DNA of 64,000 bases from Patescibacteria group bacterium (GCA_034003985.1 JAVEXP010000003.1:122643-186642); one strand, 5' to 3'; positions 36,651-46,915 are shown, counted from the first letter of the stretch. The notes: generated by a model from the letters alone, not told the origin. Program-made: numbers and translations.

Positions 36651-38051
36651 ATGGCAGATAATACTAAACAACTAATAAAAACCAGAAAATTGTCGGTTCA
36701 AGAAGGGGCGGCGGCTTCGGTTATGGTCGGAATCACCGATACCCAAATTACTCCCTATGCCTTAGAGCTTAAAGCTAGCAATCTGGAAGCTGGGATGCTA
36801 ACAAGCCTGGCTAATTTATTCGGGCCAATGGCGCAACTGCTAGGAAGCCGACTAATTGAAAGATTCAATCGGCGCCAGATTATTGTCTGGGCAGTAGTTG
36901 GCCAGACAATCAGCTGTTTTGCCTTCTCGATCTTAGGATATATATTTTTGAGCCATGATAAACAGTTGTACCTAGTAGCATTATTTATCCTGAATTATAC
37001 ACTTTACAATTTAACTTCAGCATTGGCCAGTCCGGCCTGGTTTTCGATGATGGGCGATATCGTACCCGAAAACATCAGAGGCCGGTATTTTGCCTGGCGC
37101 AATCGCACCAATGGCGCAGCATCAGTTGGAGCAATGATTTTAAGCGCTAGCATCCTCTACTGGCTGGCACAATATGAAATCATCTACGGCTTTATTATTA
37201 TTTTTGGGCTGGCGGGAATCGCCAGAAGTATTTCAACCTATTTACTATCCAAACATTATTGTGAAGACATCAAACTAGAAAAAGATTATTATTTCCCCTT
37301 TTGGAAATTCATTAAAGAAATACCCCGATATAATTTTAACCGCTTCGCTTTGTATGTCAGCTTTTTTCGACTGGGAGTAAATATTGCCGGGCCGTTTTTT
37401 GCCGTCTACATGTGGAAGCAGTTAGCCTATAACCCAATCTGGTTTACGGCCGTCAATATTTCAGCGGGCATATTTTCACTACTGGCGTTGCCAGCCTGGG
37501 GATATTTTGCCGATCGTTACGGCAACCGTGAATTAATCAGAGTAAGCAGCATTATTCTAATTTTTGTTCCCCTGTTTTGGATGTTTAGCGCCAATCCAAT
37601 CTATTTGATCTTAGTCCCCCAACTGATATCCGGCAGCGGCTGGGCGGCATTTAATTTGGCTTCGTCTAATTTTATTTACGATTCAGTCGAACCCAGCCGC
37701 CGAGGATTAATGGTGGCATATTTCAACTTATTAAGCGGTTTTGGCATATTTCTAGGGGCAACCCTGGGCGGCGTTTTAAGCCAATATATCAAAATCGGAT
37801 TAATGAATGTTTTCTTTGTGATATTCGTCGTTTCCAGTTTGGCGACATTGGCAGTAACCATAACGATGCTTCGAACAATTAAAGAAGTCAGAGTCTATGA
37901 ACACGAAGCACAAAAAAATCCTTTAATGTACCTAAAAGAAATCCGACCGCTTTACAGCAATTTGGAGTTCGGTGCCTATCCAGTTAAAAAATTCCACCAA
38001 TTAAAAAGCAACCTTAAAAGCTACCGCCGGCAACGAATCACTTACTATTAA
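36651..38051 (+). CDS. MFS transporter
   Basis: 466 aa, 12 TM helices, MFS-like G..R motifs. Confidence 0.7.
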   Translation: MADNTKQLIKTRKLSVQEGAAASVMVGITDTQITPYALELKASNLEAGMLTSLANLFGPMAQLLGSRLIERFNRRQIIVWAVVGQTISCFAFSILGYIFLSHDKQLYLVALFILNYTLYNLTSALASPAWFSMMGDIVPENIRGRYFAWRNRTNGAASVGAMILSASILYWLAQYEIIYGFIIIFGLAGIARSISTYLLSKHYCEDIKLEKDYYFPFWKFIKEIPRYNFNRFALYVSFFRLGVNIAGPFFAVYMWKQLAYNPIWFTAVNISAGIFSLLALPAWGYFADRYGNRELIRVSSIILIFVPLFWMFSANPIYLILVPQLISGSGWAAFNLASSNFIYDSVEPSRRGLMVAYFNLLSGFGIFLGATLGGVLSQYIKIGLMNVFFVIFVVSSLATLAVTITMLRTIKEVRVYEHEAQKNPLMYLKEIRPLYSNLEFGAYPVKKFHQLKSNLKSYRRQRITYY

Positions 38052-38057
38052 ATCCAT

Positions 38058-38086
38058 TGACATAAAGCAAAAAAAATGGTAATAGA
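38058..38086 (+). promoter_or_regulatory. sigma70-like promoter for xylA
   Basis: TTGACA-17-TAATAG immediately after the MFS stop. Confidence 0.45.
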
Positions 38087-38234
38087 AAAGCAGTCAATCA
38101 ACAGATTGCTGCTTTAAATCAGGAAACTGATGATCCCCTAAGAGGAGGATAAACACGGGGGTTAAGAATGAAACGGAATCACTACGCCACAACTGGGACA
38201 TGATCCCAAAAACTTGATGAAGGAGGAATTCATC

Positions 38235-39620
38235 ATGACTCGACGATTTTGGTTTCAAGGCAAAACGCCAATAGCGTTTTGCCCCGACAGCAGCGAACCG
38301 CTGGTCTTTCGCCACTACCAGGCGGAAGCGGAAATCACGGTCCAGATTAACGGCGGCAAGGTGACCAAAACCATGGCCGAATGGCTGCGTTTTGCGGGTT
38401 GCCACTGGCACACCGCTCTGGATGGCGGCGCCGATCCGTTCGGCGGTCCCACCTTGCTGCGCGAATGGAACATTGGCGATGATCCGCTGGCAGTCGCACG
38501 CCAGCGCATTGACGCGATGTTTGAACTCATGGGTTTGCTTGGGATCAAGCATTGGACCTTCCACACCCTCGATCTGATCGAGGAAGGCGCCAACTTTGCC
38601 GAAACCAAGCAACGCCTGATGGCGCTGTTGCCTTATGTCAAACAGCGCCTGAAAGAAACTGGCATCAAGGTGCTATGGGTTACGGCCAAGCTGTTTGCCG
38701 CAAACCGCTATATGAACGGCGCCATGACCGGCACCGAGCCCGACATTTGGATTGAAGCCGGCGCGCAGATCAAGCTGGCAATTGACATTGCCCACGAGCT
38801 TGATGCCGCGGGAGTGGTGTTCTGGGGCGGGCGCGAAGGCTACGAAACCCTGCTGAATACCATGATCGGGCTGGAACTCGAAAACCTGGCCACCATGCTC
38901 CGGGCGGCCGTTAATTACAAAGCAAAAATCGGCTTTAAGGGCCAGTTCTACATTGAGCCCAAAGCCCAGGAACCCACAACCCATCAATACGACTACGATG
39001 TAGCGACGGTTGTCGGTTTTCTGCGAGACTATGCCCTGGACGGGGAATTCATGGTGAACTTTGAGCCCAATCACGGCAGTCTGGCCAAACACACCACCGC
39101 CCACGAGATGGCAATGATCAATTGCTGCAATGTGTTTGGGTCAATTGACGCCAACCAGGGTACGGAGACTGTCGGCTGGGACACCGACGAATTCCCCTGC
39201 AACCTGGAAACGGCCGTGGTGGTGATGCTGGAAGTCTTGAAAAACAGCGGCTTTACCACCGGCGGGCTGAATTTCGACGCCAAACTCCGGCGCGCGAGCA
39301 CCGCTCTTGACGACTTGTTCATGGGCTTCATTATGGCCATGGACACCTACGCCGCGGCATTGAAAATCGCGGCACGGATTATCAACGACGGAATTCTCGC
39401 CGAGATGGTACAGCGGCGATACTGCAAGTGGTCGAACACCGCCAACGGGGTGAAAATCGCCAACGGCGACATGAGCCTGGAAGACTGTGAAGAACTGACC
39501 GAGAGATTCGAGACCCATCCGGTCGCCGAAAGCGGCCACGCCGAGTTCTTCAAGACGGTTTGGGCCGCCTACCTGCGGGGTGATGCCGTGATCCCCAAGC
39601 CCACCCAGTACCAAGACTAA
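38235..39620 (+). CDS. xylA: xylose isomerase (GC-rich, horizontally acquired)
   Basis: WGGREGYETL, FYIEPKAQEP, NFEPNHGSLAKHTTAHE motifs. AAGGAGGA RBS 7 nt before the ATG at 38235. The ORF track's TTG start at 38214 lacks an RBS. Confidence 0.85.
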   Translation: MTRRFWFQGKTPIAFCPDSSEPLVFRHYQAEAEITVQINGGKVTKTMAEWLRFAGCHWHTALDGGADPFGGPTLLREWNIGDDPLAVARQRIDAMFELMGLLGIKHWTFHTLDLIEEGANFAETKQRLMALLPYVKQRLKETGIKVLWVTAKLFAANRYMNGAMTGTEPDIWIEAGAQIKLAIDIAHELDAAGVVFWGGREGYETLLNTMIGLELENLATMLRAAVNYKAKIGFKGQFYIEPKAQEPTTHQYDYDVATVVGFLRDYALDGEFMVNFEPNHGSLAKHTTAHEMAMINCCNVFGSIDANQGTETVGWDTDEFPCNLETAVVVMLEVLKNSGFTTGGLNFDAKLRRASTALDDLFMGFIMAMDTYAAALKIAARIINDGILAEMVQRRYCKWSNTANGVKIANGDMSLEDCEELTERFETHPVAESGHAEFFKTVWAAYLRGDAVIPKPTQYQD

Positions 39621-39655
39621 CTCTACGAACGCCTAGGCCAAACGGCCACAGGCGA

Positions 39656-39702
39656 CAACCCGGGAGGCGAGCTCACATGAGTTTGCCCCCGGTCTTTTTT
39701 AT
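39656..39702 (+). terminator. terminator-like GC hairpin plus T6 after xylA
   Basis: CCGGG...CCCGG enclosing a CTCACATGAG palindrome, then TTTTTT. Confidence 0.45.
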
Positions 39703-39724
39703 AAAAATGTTATAATAATGCCAT

Positions 39725-40858
39725 ATGAAAGTTGCTATTGTAACCGACTCATTCTACGCCATTAACGGCGTCAGTAAGACTTACCAGCAATTGGCTAAAT
39801 ATTGCCAAACTAAAAAAATCAAGCTGGATATTTTTACCATTGGCCAAAAAGAATCACCAACCATCAAAGGCTGCGTAAAAATTTTAGAATACCAACCGGT
39901 CTGGCCGGTAAAGTATTACCCCGATCTGCCGCCATTCGACATCCGAATAATCTCGGAAAAATTCAAGAAAGAATTTTTAAACCAAGATTATGATTTAATC
40001 CACTTGGCCACTCCCGGATCATTGGGGATTGCGGCGCGCACGATTATCAACAAAATTAAAACACCAGTTGTCGGGTCTTTTCATACGATGGTAGCGGAAT
40101 ACGCCAACGACTGGACTAAAAAAAATCTGGAAAAATTTCCTAATACCATCAAAAACTCAGCGGGGGCCCTTTCCGGTTCGGTGATGTGGCAATTTTTAAA
40201 ATGGTTCTATGGCCGAACCGATGTGTTACTGGTGCCCAACCAAACCATGGCCGAAAGACTGAAAAATTTCCATCCGACAATCAAAATTTTCCCCCGCGGA
40301 GTTGACCAAAAAAAATTCTTCCCTAAACTTAAAAAATCAACCGGAAATAAATGCCAACTAATTGCCCTTTATGTCGGCAGACTGTCGGTAGAAAAAAATC
40401 TAGATCTGCTGGTTGACATATTTAAAAATCGAAAAGACATTGAGCTCAGGTTGGTTGGTGACGGTCCATATCTAGCGGGATTAAAAACTCAGTTGCCAAA
40501 GGCCAAATTTTTCGGCTACCTGGGTGGCCAAAAACTTACCCAGGCATATCAACAAGCCGACTGCTTCATTTTTCCATCGACCACCGACACCTTTGGCAAT
40601 GTTATCTTGGAAGCTCAGGCTTGCGGCTTACCATGTATTGTCACTAATGTTGGCGGTCCCCAAGAATTAATTAACAATAAAAAAAATGGGTTAATCGCCA
40701 AACCCACAGTCAAAGATTTTAATAAAGCCATTGATTATTTAATCAATAATCCTAATCAGCGAAACAAGCTCGGAATAGCAGCAGCAAAAGCGACCAGAGA
40801 AAAAACTTGGAACCAGGCTTTTGACAAACTATTTGATATTTATCAAAACTTGATGTAA
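39725..40858 (+). CDS. GT4-family glycosyltransferase
   Basis: GT4 C-terminal motifs: FIFPSTTDTFGNVILEAQACGLPCIVTNVGG. Confidence 0.8.
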   Translation: MKVAIVTDSFYAINGVSKTYQQLAKYCQTKKIKLDIFTIGQKESPTIKGCVKILEYQPVWPVKYYPDLPPFDIRIISEKFKKEFLNQDYDLIHLATPGSLGIAARTIINKIKTPVVGSFHTMVAEYANDWTKKNLEKFPNTIKNSAGALSGSVMWQFLKWFYGRTDVLLVPNQTMAERLKNFHPTIKIFPRGVDQKKFFPKLKKSTGNKCQLIALYVGRLSVEKNLDLLVDIFKNRKDIELRLVGDGPYLAGLKTQLPKAKFFGYLGGQKLTQAYQQADCFIFPSTTDTFGNVILEAQACGLPCIVTNVGGPQELINNKKNGLIAKPTVKDFNKAIDYLINNPNQRNKLGIAAAKATREKTWNQAFDKLFDIYQNLM

Positions 40859-41052
40859 CACAATTGATTCTAATTCGTCTAAAATAGTGCAGGGGGTGAA
40901 AATTGGTTGAATCTAGCCTAAAAGCCACAAACCATAGTGTTTTAGAGGTTAGATGATAATCAATTTACAACCTTTCTGAAAAACAGTAATAAAAATTTTG
41001 TTGCTAAAGGTCGCTTTAGGCAACGCCAAAGGCAGGGTCACCCCCTGCCTTT

Positions 41053-41421
41053 TTATAATGCTAAAATCTGACGGATTTTTTTGGCAATCTCATCAATACT
41101 CCAATCCGACTTAATCAGGTATTCCGTGCCGCCAACGCTTAAAATGCGGCTGACCGTTTCTTTGTCGCCCATATTGGTCAAAACAATAACCGGAATATCG
41201 GCGGTTGGTTCAGCGGCTTTCAATTTTTTAAGAATTTCAATGCCGTCGATATCCGGCAGCATAATATCCAGCAAAATCAAATCAGGCGGCGCGGTCAAAG
41301 CCTGATTCAAACCCGCCTGGCCGGTTGAAGCCACTTCGACTTTAAAATCACGGTCCAGGCCAAGACATAAGGCCTTGGCTAAAGTGGGCTCATCTTCAAT
41401 AATCAAAATATTTTGAGGCAT
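41053..41421 (-). CDS. stand-alone response-regulator receiver domain (CheY-like)
   Basis: IIEDEP...LILLDIMLPDIDG...LTN motifs. Start at MPQNIL, 4 nt after the tyrS stop. Confidence 0.75.
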   Translation of the reverse strand: MPQNILIIEDEPTLAKALCLGLDRDFKVEVASTGQAGLNQALTAPPDLILLDIMLPDIDGIEILKKLKAAEPTADIPVIVLTNMGDKETVSRILSVGGTEYLIKSDWSIDEIAKKIRQILAL

Positions 41422-41425
41422 AACT

Positions 41426-42601
41426 TTAAATAATTCTGACAAAATGCCGTTTGCCTTTTTGAATAACCACACCTTTGACAACGGCAAAATTTTCATCACT
41501 GACTTTTTGACCGTCAACTTTAATCCCGCTTTGGCTGAGTAACCGCCGAGCTTCAGACCTTGAATCAGCCAACTTGGTTTCTAACAAAACATCAATTAAA
41601 TTTTTACTTTTAACCTTGAACTCAGGGATATCATCAGGATTGGTTTTTTTAGCAAACACCTGCTCAAATTGTTGCTGGGCCTCATCGGCAGCTTTAGTCC
41701 CATGATACATCGCCACCAACCGCCGAGCCAAAATCATCTTCAATTCTTTGGGATTACGGCCAGCTCTTAAATCGGCGGCAAGCTTTGGCAATTGATCAAA
41801 TGGGATGTCGGTAGCAATCTCGAAAGCCGGCATAATCATACCATCGGTCCAACTCATGACTTTGCCGTAAATTTCCTGAGGGTCGTCACCAAGCGAAACC
41901 ATATTGCCTTGAGTTTTACCCATTTTAATGCCAGAAGTGTCTTCCAAAAGTTTGGTGGTCAAAACAAATTTTTCTTTGTTCTTTAATTTTTTCATCAGCG
42001 TTCGGCCAGCCAACATATTATAAGTCTGGTCACTGCCACCAACTTCCAAATCGACATCCATGGCCACGCAATCATAACCCTGCATCACCGGGTACATAAA
42101 TTCGTGCAAATGGATTACTTTTCCCTCTTTGAGCCTTTTAGCAAACATATCGCGTTCCAATAAACGCTGGACAGTAAATTCCGAAGCCAACTCAAGTAAA
42201 TCGGAAAAGTTGAGTTTGGCCAGCCAACTGGAATTAAACATGAATTTGGTTTTTTTTAAATCCAAAATCTTACCAATCAAAGCTTTGTAGCCCTTGGCAT
42301 TAGCCAAAACTTGCTGCCGGGTCAAAGGCTGACGAGTCGCCAGCTTATCAGTTGGATCACCAATCATGGCCGTAAAATCCCCGATTAATACAATAATTTC
42401 ATGTCCCGCTTCCTGAAATTGCCGAAGTTTATTCAAAACAACACCATGGCCAATGTGTAACTGGCCGGTGGGGTCAATACCGTTATAGATTTTTAACTTA
42501 TTGCCAGACTTTAAAACTTTTTCCAACGCGGATTTATTGGGGTAGATGTTTTCAACTCCCCGTTCCAGAATCTCTTTGATTTTTTGATCTTGGTTAGCCA
42601 T
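41426..42601 (-). CDS. tyrS: tyrosyl-tRNA synthetase
   Basis: HIGHG and KMGKT motifs, C-terminal S4 domain. Start at the internal ATG one nt after the valS stop. Confidence 0.9.
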   Translation of the reverse strand: MANQDQKIKEILERGVENIYPNKSALEKVLKSGNKLKIYNGIDPTGQLHIGHGVVLNKLRQFQEAGHEIIVLIGDFTAMIGDPTDKLATRQPLTRQQVLANAKGYKALIGKILDLKKTKFMFNSSWLAKLNFSDLLELASEFTVQRLLERDMFAKRLKEGKVIHLHEFMYPVMQGYDCVAMDVDLEVGGSDQTYNMLAGRTLMKKLKNKEKFVLTTKLLEDTSGIKMGKTQGNMVSLGDDPQEIYGKVMSWTDGMIMPAFEIATDIPFDQLPKLAADLRAGRNPKELKMILARRLVAMYHGTKAADEAQQQFEQVFAKKTNPDDIPEFKVKSKNLIDVLLETKLADSRSEARRLLSQSGIKVDGQKVSDENFAVVKGVVIQKGKRHFVRII

Positions 42602-42602
42602 G

Positions 42603-45233
42603 TTATTGTAGCCCTTCAAGCTGCTGGCGAATTTTAGCCAGCCGTTCCTGGTTTTGCACCAGTTTAATTTTTTCATTAGCAATGATATCTTTAGGCGCCC
42701 GTTCAACAAAATGTTCATTTGACAATTTTTGTTCCAGATGAGTGACAAATTCTGCAATCCGGTCGGCTTCTTGTTCCAGTCGTTTGGTTTCTTTAACTAT
42801 ATCCAGCATACCAGAAACCGGCAAATAAATCTCGGCTTGAGTCAAAATCGCCGACAATGATTCCGACGGCTTAGTTCCCTTGGACAAGACTACCAATTCT
42901 TCCAGCCGCGCTAAATTTTTTATCAAAACCGACTGCTGACTGATTAATTGGTGTTTAGTCGGAGAAATAATCACCGCCCGCAAGCGCTGGGCCGGCGGCA
43001 GCTTACTTTCGGTCCGCAAATTTCTGATGGCCGTCACAATATCTTTGACTAATTGAAAATCACTCAGAACATCTTTTTCGGCGATTTTGACTTTGGCCTG
43101 AGGCCAAGACTGAACCATCAACAATTCCTTGGCATTAAGTTTCTGCCAAATTTCTTCGGTAACAAATGGCGTAAACGGATGCCAAAGTTTCAATAATTGG
43201 GTAAGAATATAAAGCAGGATTTCATCTTTATCATCTTCGGATTTGGTGATTTCAACATACCAGTCGGCCAAATTCGACCAGGTAAATTCATAAATTTTTT
43301 CACCGGCCAAAGAAAAATTATATTGCTCCAAATTTTTAGTGACAAAATCAGTCAGTTGATGAAGTTCGGCCAAAATCCACTGATCGGCCAAGGTCTTGGC
43401 TTTGGGTGCCCGATCAACAACTTTTGGTGATTTAACCTTCATTAAAATATACCGAGAAATGTTCCAAAGTTTGTTGACAAAATTTCGGTAGCCTTCAATT
43501 TTGGCTTCGGAAATATTACTGTCGTTACCCGGCGCCGTACCAATCACCAAGCTGAGTCGGGTGGCGTCAGCGCCATATTTGGCAATCGTGTCCAACGGAT
43601 CAATAATATTTTCCAAAGATTTGCTCATCTTGCGACCCTGTTCATCACGAATCAAGCCATGAAGATAAACTTCACGAAAAGGTATTTGTTCAACCAAATA
43701 AGTCGACATAATAATCATGCGCGCCACCCAAAAAAATAAGATATCATAAGCGGTTTCCATTAGACTGGTGGGATGAAAAGTCTTTAAATCCTTGGATGAC
43801 TGCGGCCAGCCTAAAGTGGAAAAAGTCCAAAGGCCGCTGGAAAACCAGGTGTCCAAGGTGTCGGGATCCTGCTGCCAGCCTTCTCCCGTCGGCGCGGCTT
43901 GGCCGACATAAATTTCTTCCCCCCGATACCAAACCGGGATGCGATGGCCATACCAAATCTGACGGGAAATACACCAATCGCGTAAATTTTCCAGCCAATG
44001 ATAATAAATCTTATTAAAGCGCTCGGGAATAATTTTAATGTCGCCGTCAGTCACCACGCCCAAAGCTCGCTGTTTAATACTTTGACCATTAAACTTTTTA
44101 ACCGGCTTATTAACATCAATAAACCATTGTTTGGAAATTAATGGTTCAATCACATGACCGCAGCGGTAGCAAATCGACAAATTGTTATCGATCTCTTCAA
44201 TTTTATCAATTAATCCGGCGTCAGTCAGGTCTTTGACAAAACGGGAACGGCAATCTTCGACTGTCAACCCGGCATAAACCCCGGCCTGGTCAGTCATCTT
44301 GCCATCAGGACCGATTACCTGAATAATTGGTAAATTATTTTTTTGCGCCATGGCAAAGTCAACCAAGCTATGAGCCGGCGTAACGCCAACCGTACCCGTG
44401 CCAAATTCCGGGTCAACCGATTCATCGGCAATAACCTTAACCTTAATATTGATCTTACCCAAATTGATAGCCAAATCCTGACCCAAATACTGCTGATAGC
44501 GCTGGTCGTTGGGATTAACCGCCACGGCGGTATCGCCAATCTTGGTTTCGGGCCGGGTGGTAGCCACCACAAACGGCCCATACTTGATATAGTAAAACTT
44601 GCCCTGCTGGTTTTGATATTCAACTTCATCGTCGGCCAGGGTCGAAGAACAACGCGGGCACCAATTGACAATCCGATCACCGCGATAAATCAAGCCGTCG
44701 TCAAACATCTGCTTGAAGGCGTGATTGACTGCTTGATTTAAACCTTCGTCAAGAGTAAACCGTTCGCGCGACCAGTCGCAGCTTGAACCCATCTTCTTAA
44801 CCTGATTTTTAATGGTATTGCGGGAAGCAGCAACAAACTCATCAACCCGTTTTAAAAATTCCGCTCGTCCCAAATCGTGGCGGCTTTTACCTTCTTTATC
44901 CTTCAAGAGTTTTTCCACCTTGGTTTGAGTGGCAATGCCGGCATGGTCACTACCCGGCAGCCACAAGGCCTTCTTGCCATTCATGCGCTGAAACCTGATC
45001 ACCAAGTCCTGAACGGCCAGCATCACAGCATGACCAATATGAAGAATGCCGGTAGCATTAGGCGGTGGCATTGAAATAGTAAACGCGCGCTGGCGCTGGC
45101 CGGGCAATTTGTCGGGATTAAAAAAACCAGACTCTTCCCACCGCTGGTAGATAGAGTCTTCAACTTTCTTGGGTTCGTAAGCCTTAGGAATATCTTGCTG
45201 TGTCATGACCACATAATACCCAATTTTGGGCAT
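42603..45233 (-). CDS. valS: valyl-tRNA synthetase
   Basis: 876 aa. HIGH-type PPNATGILHIGH, KMSKS, class I editing domain, C-terminal coiled-coil. Confidence 0.95.
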   Translation of the reverse strand: MPKIGYYVVMTQQDIPKAYEPKKVEDSIYQRWEESGFFNPDKLPGQRQRAFTISMPPPNATGILHIGHAVMLAVQDLVIRFQRMNGKKALWLPGSDHAGIATQTKVEKLLKDKEGKSRHDLGRAEFLKRVDEFVAASRNTIKNQVKKMGSSCDWSRERFTLDEGLNQAVNHAFKQMFDDGLIYRGDRIVNWCPRCSSTLADDEVEYQNQQGKFYYIKYGPFVVATTRPETKIGDTAVAVNPNDQRYQQYLGQDLAINLGKINIKVKVIADESVDPEFGTGTVGVTPAHSLVDFAMAQKNNLPIIQVIGPDGKMTDQAGVYAGLTVEDCRSRFVKDLTDAGLIDKIEEIDNNLSICYRCGHVIEPLISKQWFIDVNKPVKKFNGQSIKQRALGVVTDGDIKIIPERFNKIYYHWLENLRDWCISRQIWYGHRIPVWYRGEEIYVGQAAPTGEGWQQDPDTLDTWFSSGLWTFSTLGWPQSSKDLKTFHPTSLMETAYDILFFWVARMIIMSTYLVEQIPFREVYLHGLIRDEQGRKMSKSLENIIDPLDTIAKYGADATRLSLVIGTAPGNDSNISEAKIEGYRNFVNKLWNISRYILMKVKSPKVVDRAPKAKTLADQWILAELHQLTDFVTKNLEQYNFSLAGEKIYEFTWSNLADWYVEITKSEDDKDEILLYILTQLLKLWHPFTPFVTEEIWQKLNAKELLMVQSWPQAKVKIAEKDVLSDFQLVKDIVTAIRNLRTESKLPPAQRLRAVIISPTKHQLISQQSVLIKNLARLEELVVLSKGTKPSESLSAILTQAEIYLPVSGMLDIVKETKRLEQEADRIAEFVTHLEQKLSNEHFVERAPKDIIANEKIKLVQNQERLAKIRQQLEGLQ

Positions 45234-45359
45234 TTTTGCAAGCCTTAACCAAAATTACTTGACAGCCTAAGTAATTAAGAATAAGATGACAAATCCCCAA
45301 AAAGGGGTTATAATAAATTACTTTGAACGGCAAAATTAAAAAAAGAAAAAACGACTAGA

Positions 45360-46496
45360 ATGGCTTTGAACGAAACTCAACAAATTATCCAAGAAATTAA
45401 AAAAAGTCACCACCTTCTGATTACTTTCCGCAAAGACTTTAGCGTAGACGCTGTAGCTTCGGCTGTAGCGCTCTATTTAGTTTTAAAAAAACAAGGCAAG
45501 ATCGTTGATATCGCCTGCGACAATATTGAAATGCCAAAAAATTTAAGTTTCCTGCCCAAGATTGAACATATTAATAAAAAAATTGACAACATCCAAAAGT
45601 TTATCATCAGCGTTGATGTCGCTAATGATAAAATCGACGAATTCAGCTACAATATTGAAGGCGATCAATTAAAAATTTATATTACCCCCAAAGCCGGATC
45701 ATTCAAAAAAGAAGATGTTAAAACCCAAAACTCCAAATATCGCTATGACCTAATCATCACCCTGGATACGCCGGATTTGGAATCACTTGGTAAAATCTTC
45801 AAAGACTTTACCGACTTTTTTTACAGCACCACAATCATTAATATTGATCATAACCCCGAAAATGAATATTACGGTCAAATTAATCTGACCAACCTCAATG
45901 CCGTAGCCACTGCCGAAGTACTGTTCCAACTGATTAATGATATCGACCAAAATATATTGGATAAAGATATTGCCACTTGCTTATTGACTGGTTTGATCGC
46001 CAAAACCAGAAGCTTTAAAACGCCAAATGTCACACCCAAAACTTTGGCAATTGCCGGCCAACTGATGGCCAAAGGCGCCGAGAATGAAACCATCATTAAA
46101 AGTCTGTACCGCTCACGAAGCCTGACAACTTTAAATCTCTGGGGGCGAGTGTTAGCCAGACTAAAAAGTCGCGACAATAATAAATTGGTTTGGTCGCTAT
46201 TGACCGAACATGATTTTGTAGAAGCCCAAGCCCAGGTCAGAGACTTGCCCGATGTAATTGAAGAATTAATATCATTTATTCCGGGAGTAGAAATCGTTGT
46301 TTTAATCTATCAATTTCAAGGACAAACTAAAGTATTAATCAACACCTTCAAAAGCCATAACGCGATGTATCTAGCCAGCCAATTCAAACCAACTGGTTCC
46401 AAACATTTGGCTGAATTCCAGCTGGAAGGCCTAACTCTCTTGGATGCTGAAAAAGAAATCATTGAAAATTTGAAAACCAAGCTTGGTCAAAAATAA
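45360..46496 (+). CDS. DHH/DHHA1 phosphoesterase, NrnA-like nanoRNase/pAp phosphatase
   Basis: DHH motif region (IDHNP) and DHHA1 C-terminal domain. Confidence 0.7.
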   Translation: MALNETQQIIQEIKKSHHLLITFRKDFSVDAVASAVALYLVLKKQGKIVDIACDNIEMPKNLSFLPKIEHINKKIDNIQKFIISVDVANDKIDEFSYNIEGDQLKIYITPKAGSFKKEDVKTQNSKYRYDLIITLDTPDLESLGKIFKDFTDFFYSTTIINIDHNPENEYYGQINLTNLNAVATAEVLFQLINDIDQNILDKDIATCLLTGLIAKTRSFKTPNVTPKTLAIAGQLMAKGAENETIIKSLYRSRSLTTLNLWGRVLARLKSRDNNKLVWSLLTEHDFVEAQAQVRDLPDVIEELISFIPGVEIVVLIYQFQGQTKVLINTFKSHNAMYLASQFKPTGSKHLAEFQLEGLTLLDAEKEIIENLKTKLGQK

Positions 46497-46554
46497 TCAG
46501 GCTTGTTATAATAAAAAAGCCCAATCAAATCCAAGCCGGGCCTCAATTAGCAAT

Positions 46555-46630
46555 GCCCATGTAGCTCAGCGGTTAGAGCGCCACCCTTATAAGGTGGATG
46601 TCGGTGGTTCAAATCCACCCATGGGCACCA
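46555..46630 (+). tRNA. tRNA-Ile (anticodon TAT)
   Basis: Anticodon stem CCACC/GGTGG with loop CTTATAA. CCA encoded. Confidence 0.7.
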
Positions 46631-46710
46631 ACTCAATTTTTAGCTATTGACAATTGGGATGATGTAAAGTATTTTATATAAGTTAATTACTAGGAGTTAA
46701 AAGTTATTTT

Positions 46711-46787
46711 GGGCGGTTAGCTCAGTTGGTTAGAGCGCATGCTCGACACGCATGAGGTCAGTGGTTCGAATCCACTATCGCCCACCA
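46711..46787 (+). tRNA. tRNA-Val (anticodon GAC)
   Basis: Anticodon stem CATGC/GCATG with loop TCGACAC. CCA encoded. Confidence 0.8.
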
Positions 46788-46799
46788 GATTTTCAAAGG

Positions 46800-46830
46800 C
46801 ATCTCACGATTTTAAACTGAGATGTTTTTT
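46800..46830 (+). terminator. intrinsic terminator after the tRNA pair
   Basis: CATCTCA-11 nt-TGAGATG plus TTTTTT. Confidence 0.75.
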
Positions 46831-46833
46831 GAT

Positions 46834-46886
46834 AAAAAAAGAGCCATGCTCTCACCTGCCCTTCCCCGCATAGGTAGATCATGGCT
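46834..46886 (-). terminator. intrinsic terminator for the GC-rich mini-island genes
   Basis: AGCCATG...CATGGCT hairpin followed by a U7 tract on the minus strand. Confidence 0.55.
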
Positions 46887-46915
46887 GATCAAATCATTTC
46901 ATTGCTGTTTGGCCG

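Noticed and set aside
38094-39614. Minus-strand ORFs of 97-172 aa antisense to xylA
   Set aside because: They overlap a gene with unmistakable xylose isomerase motifs. They have no RBS and no motifs and are a GC-rich antisense artefact.
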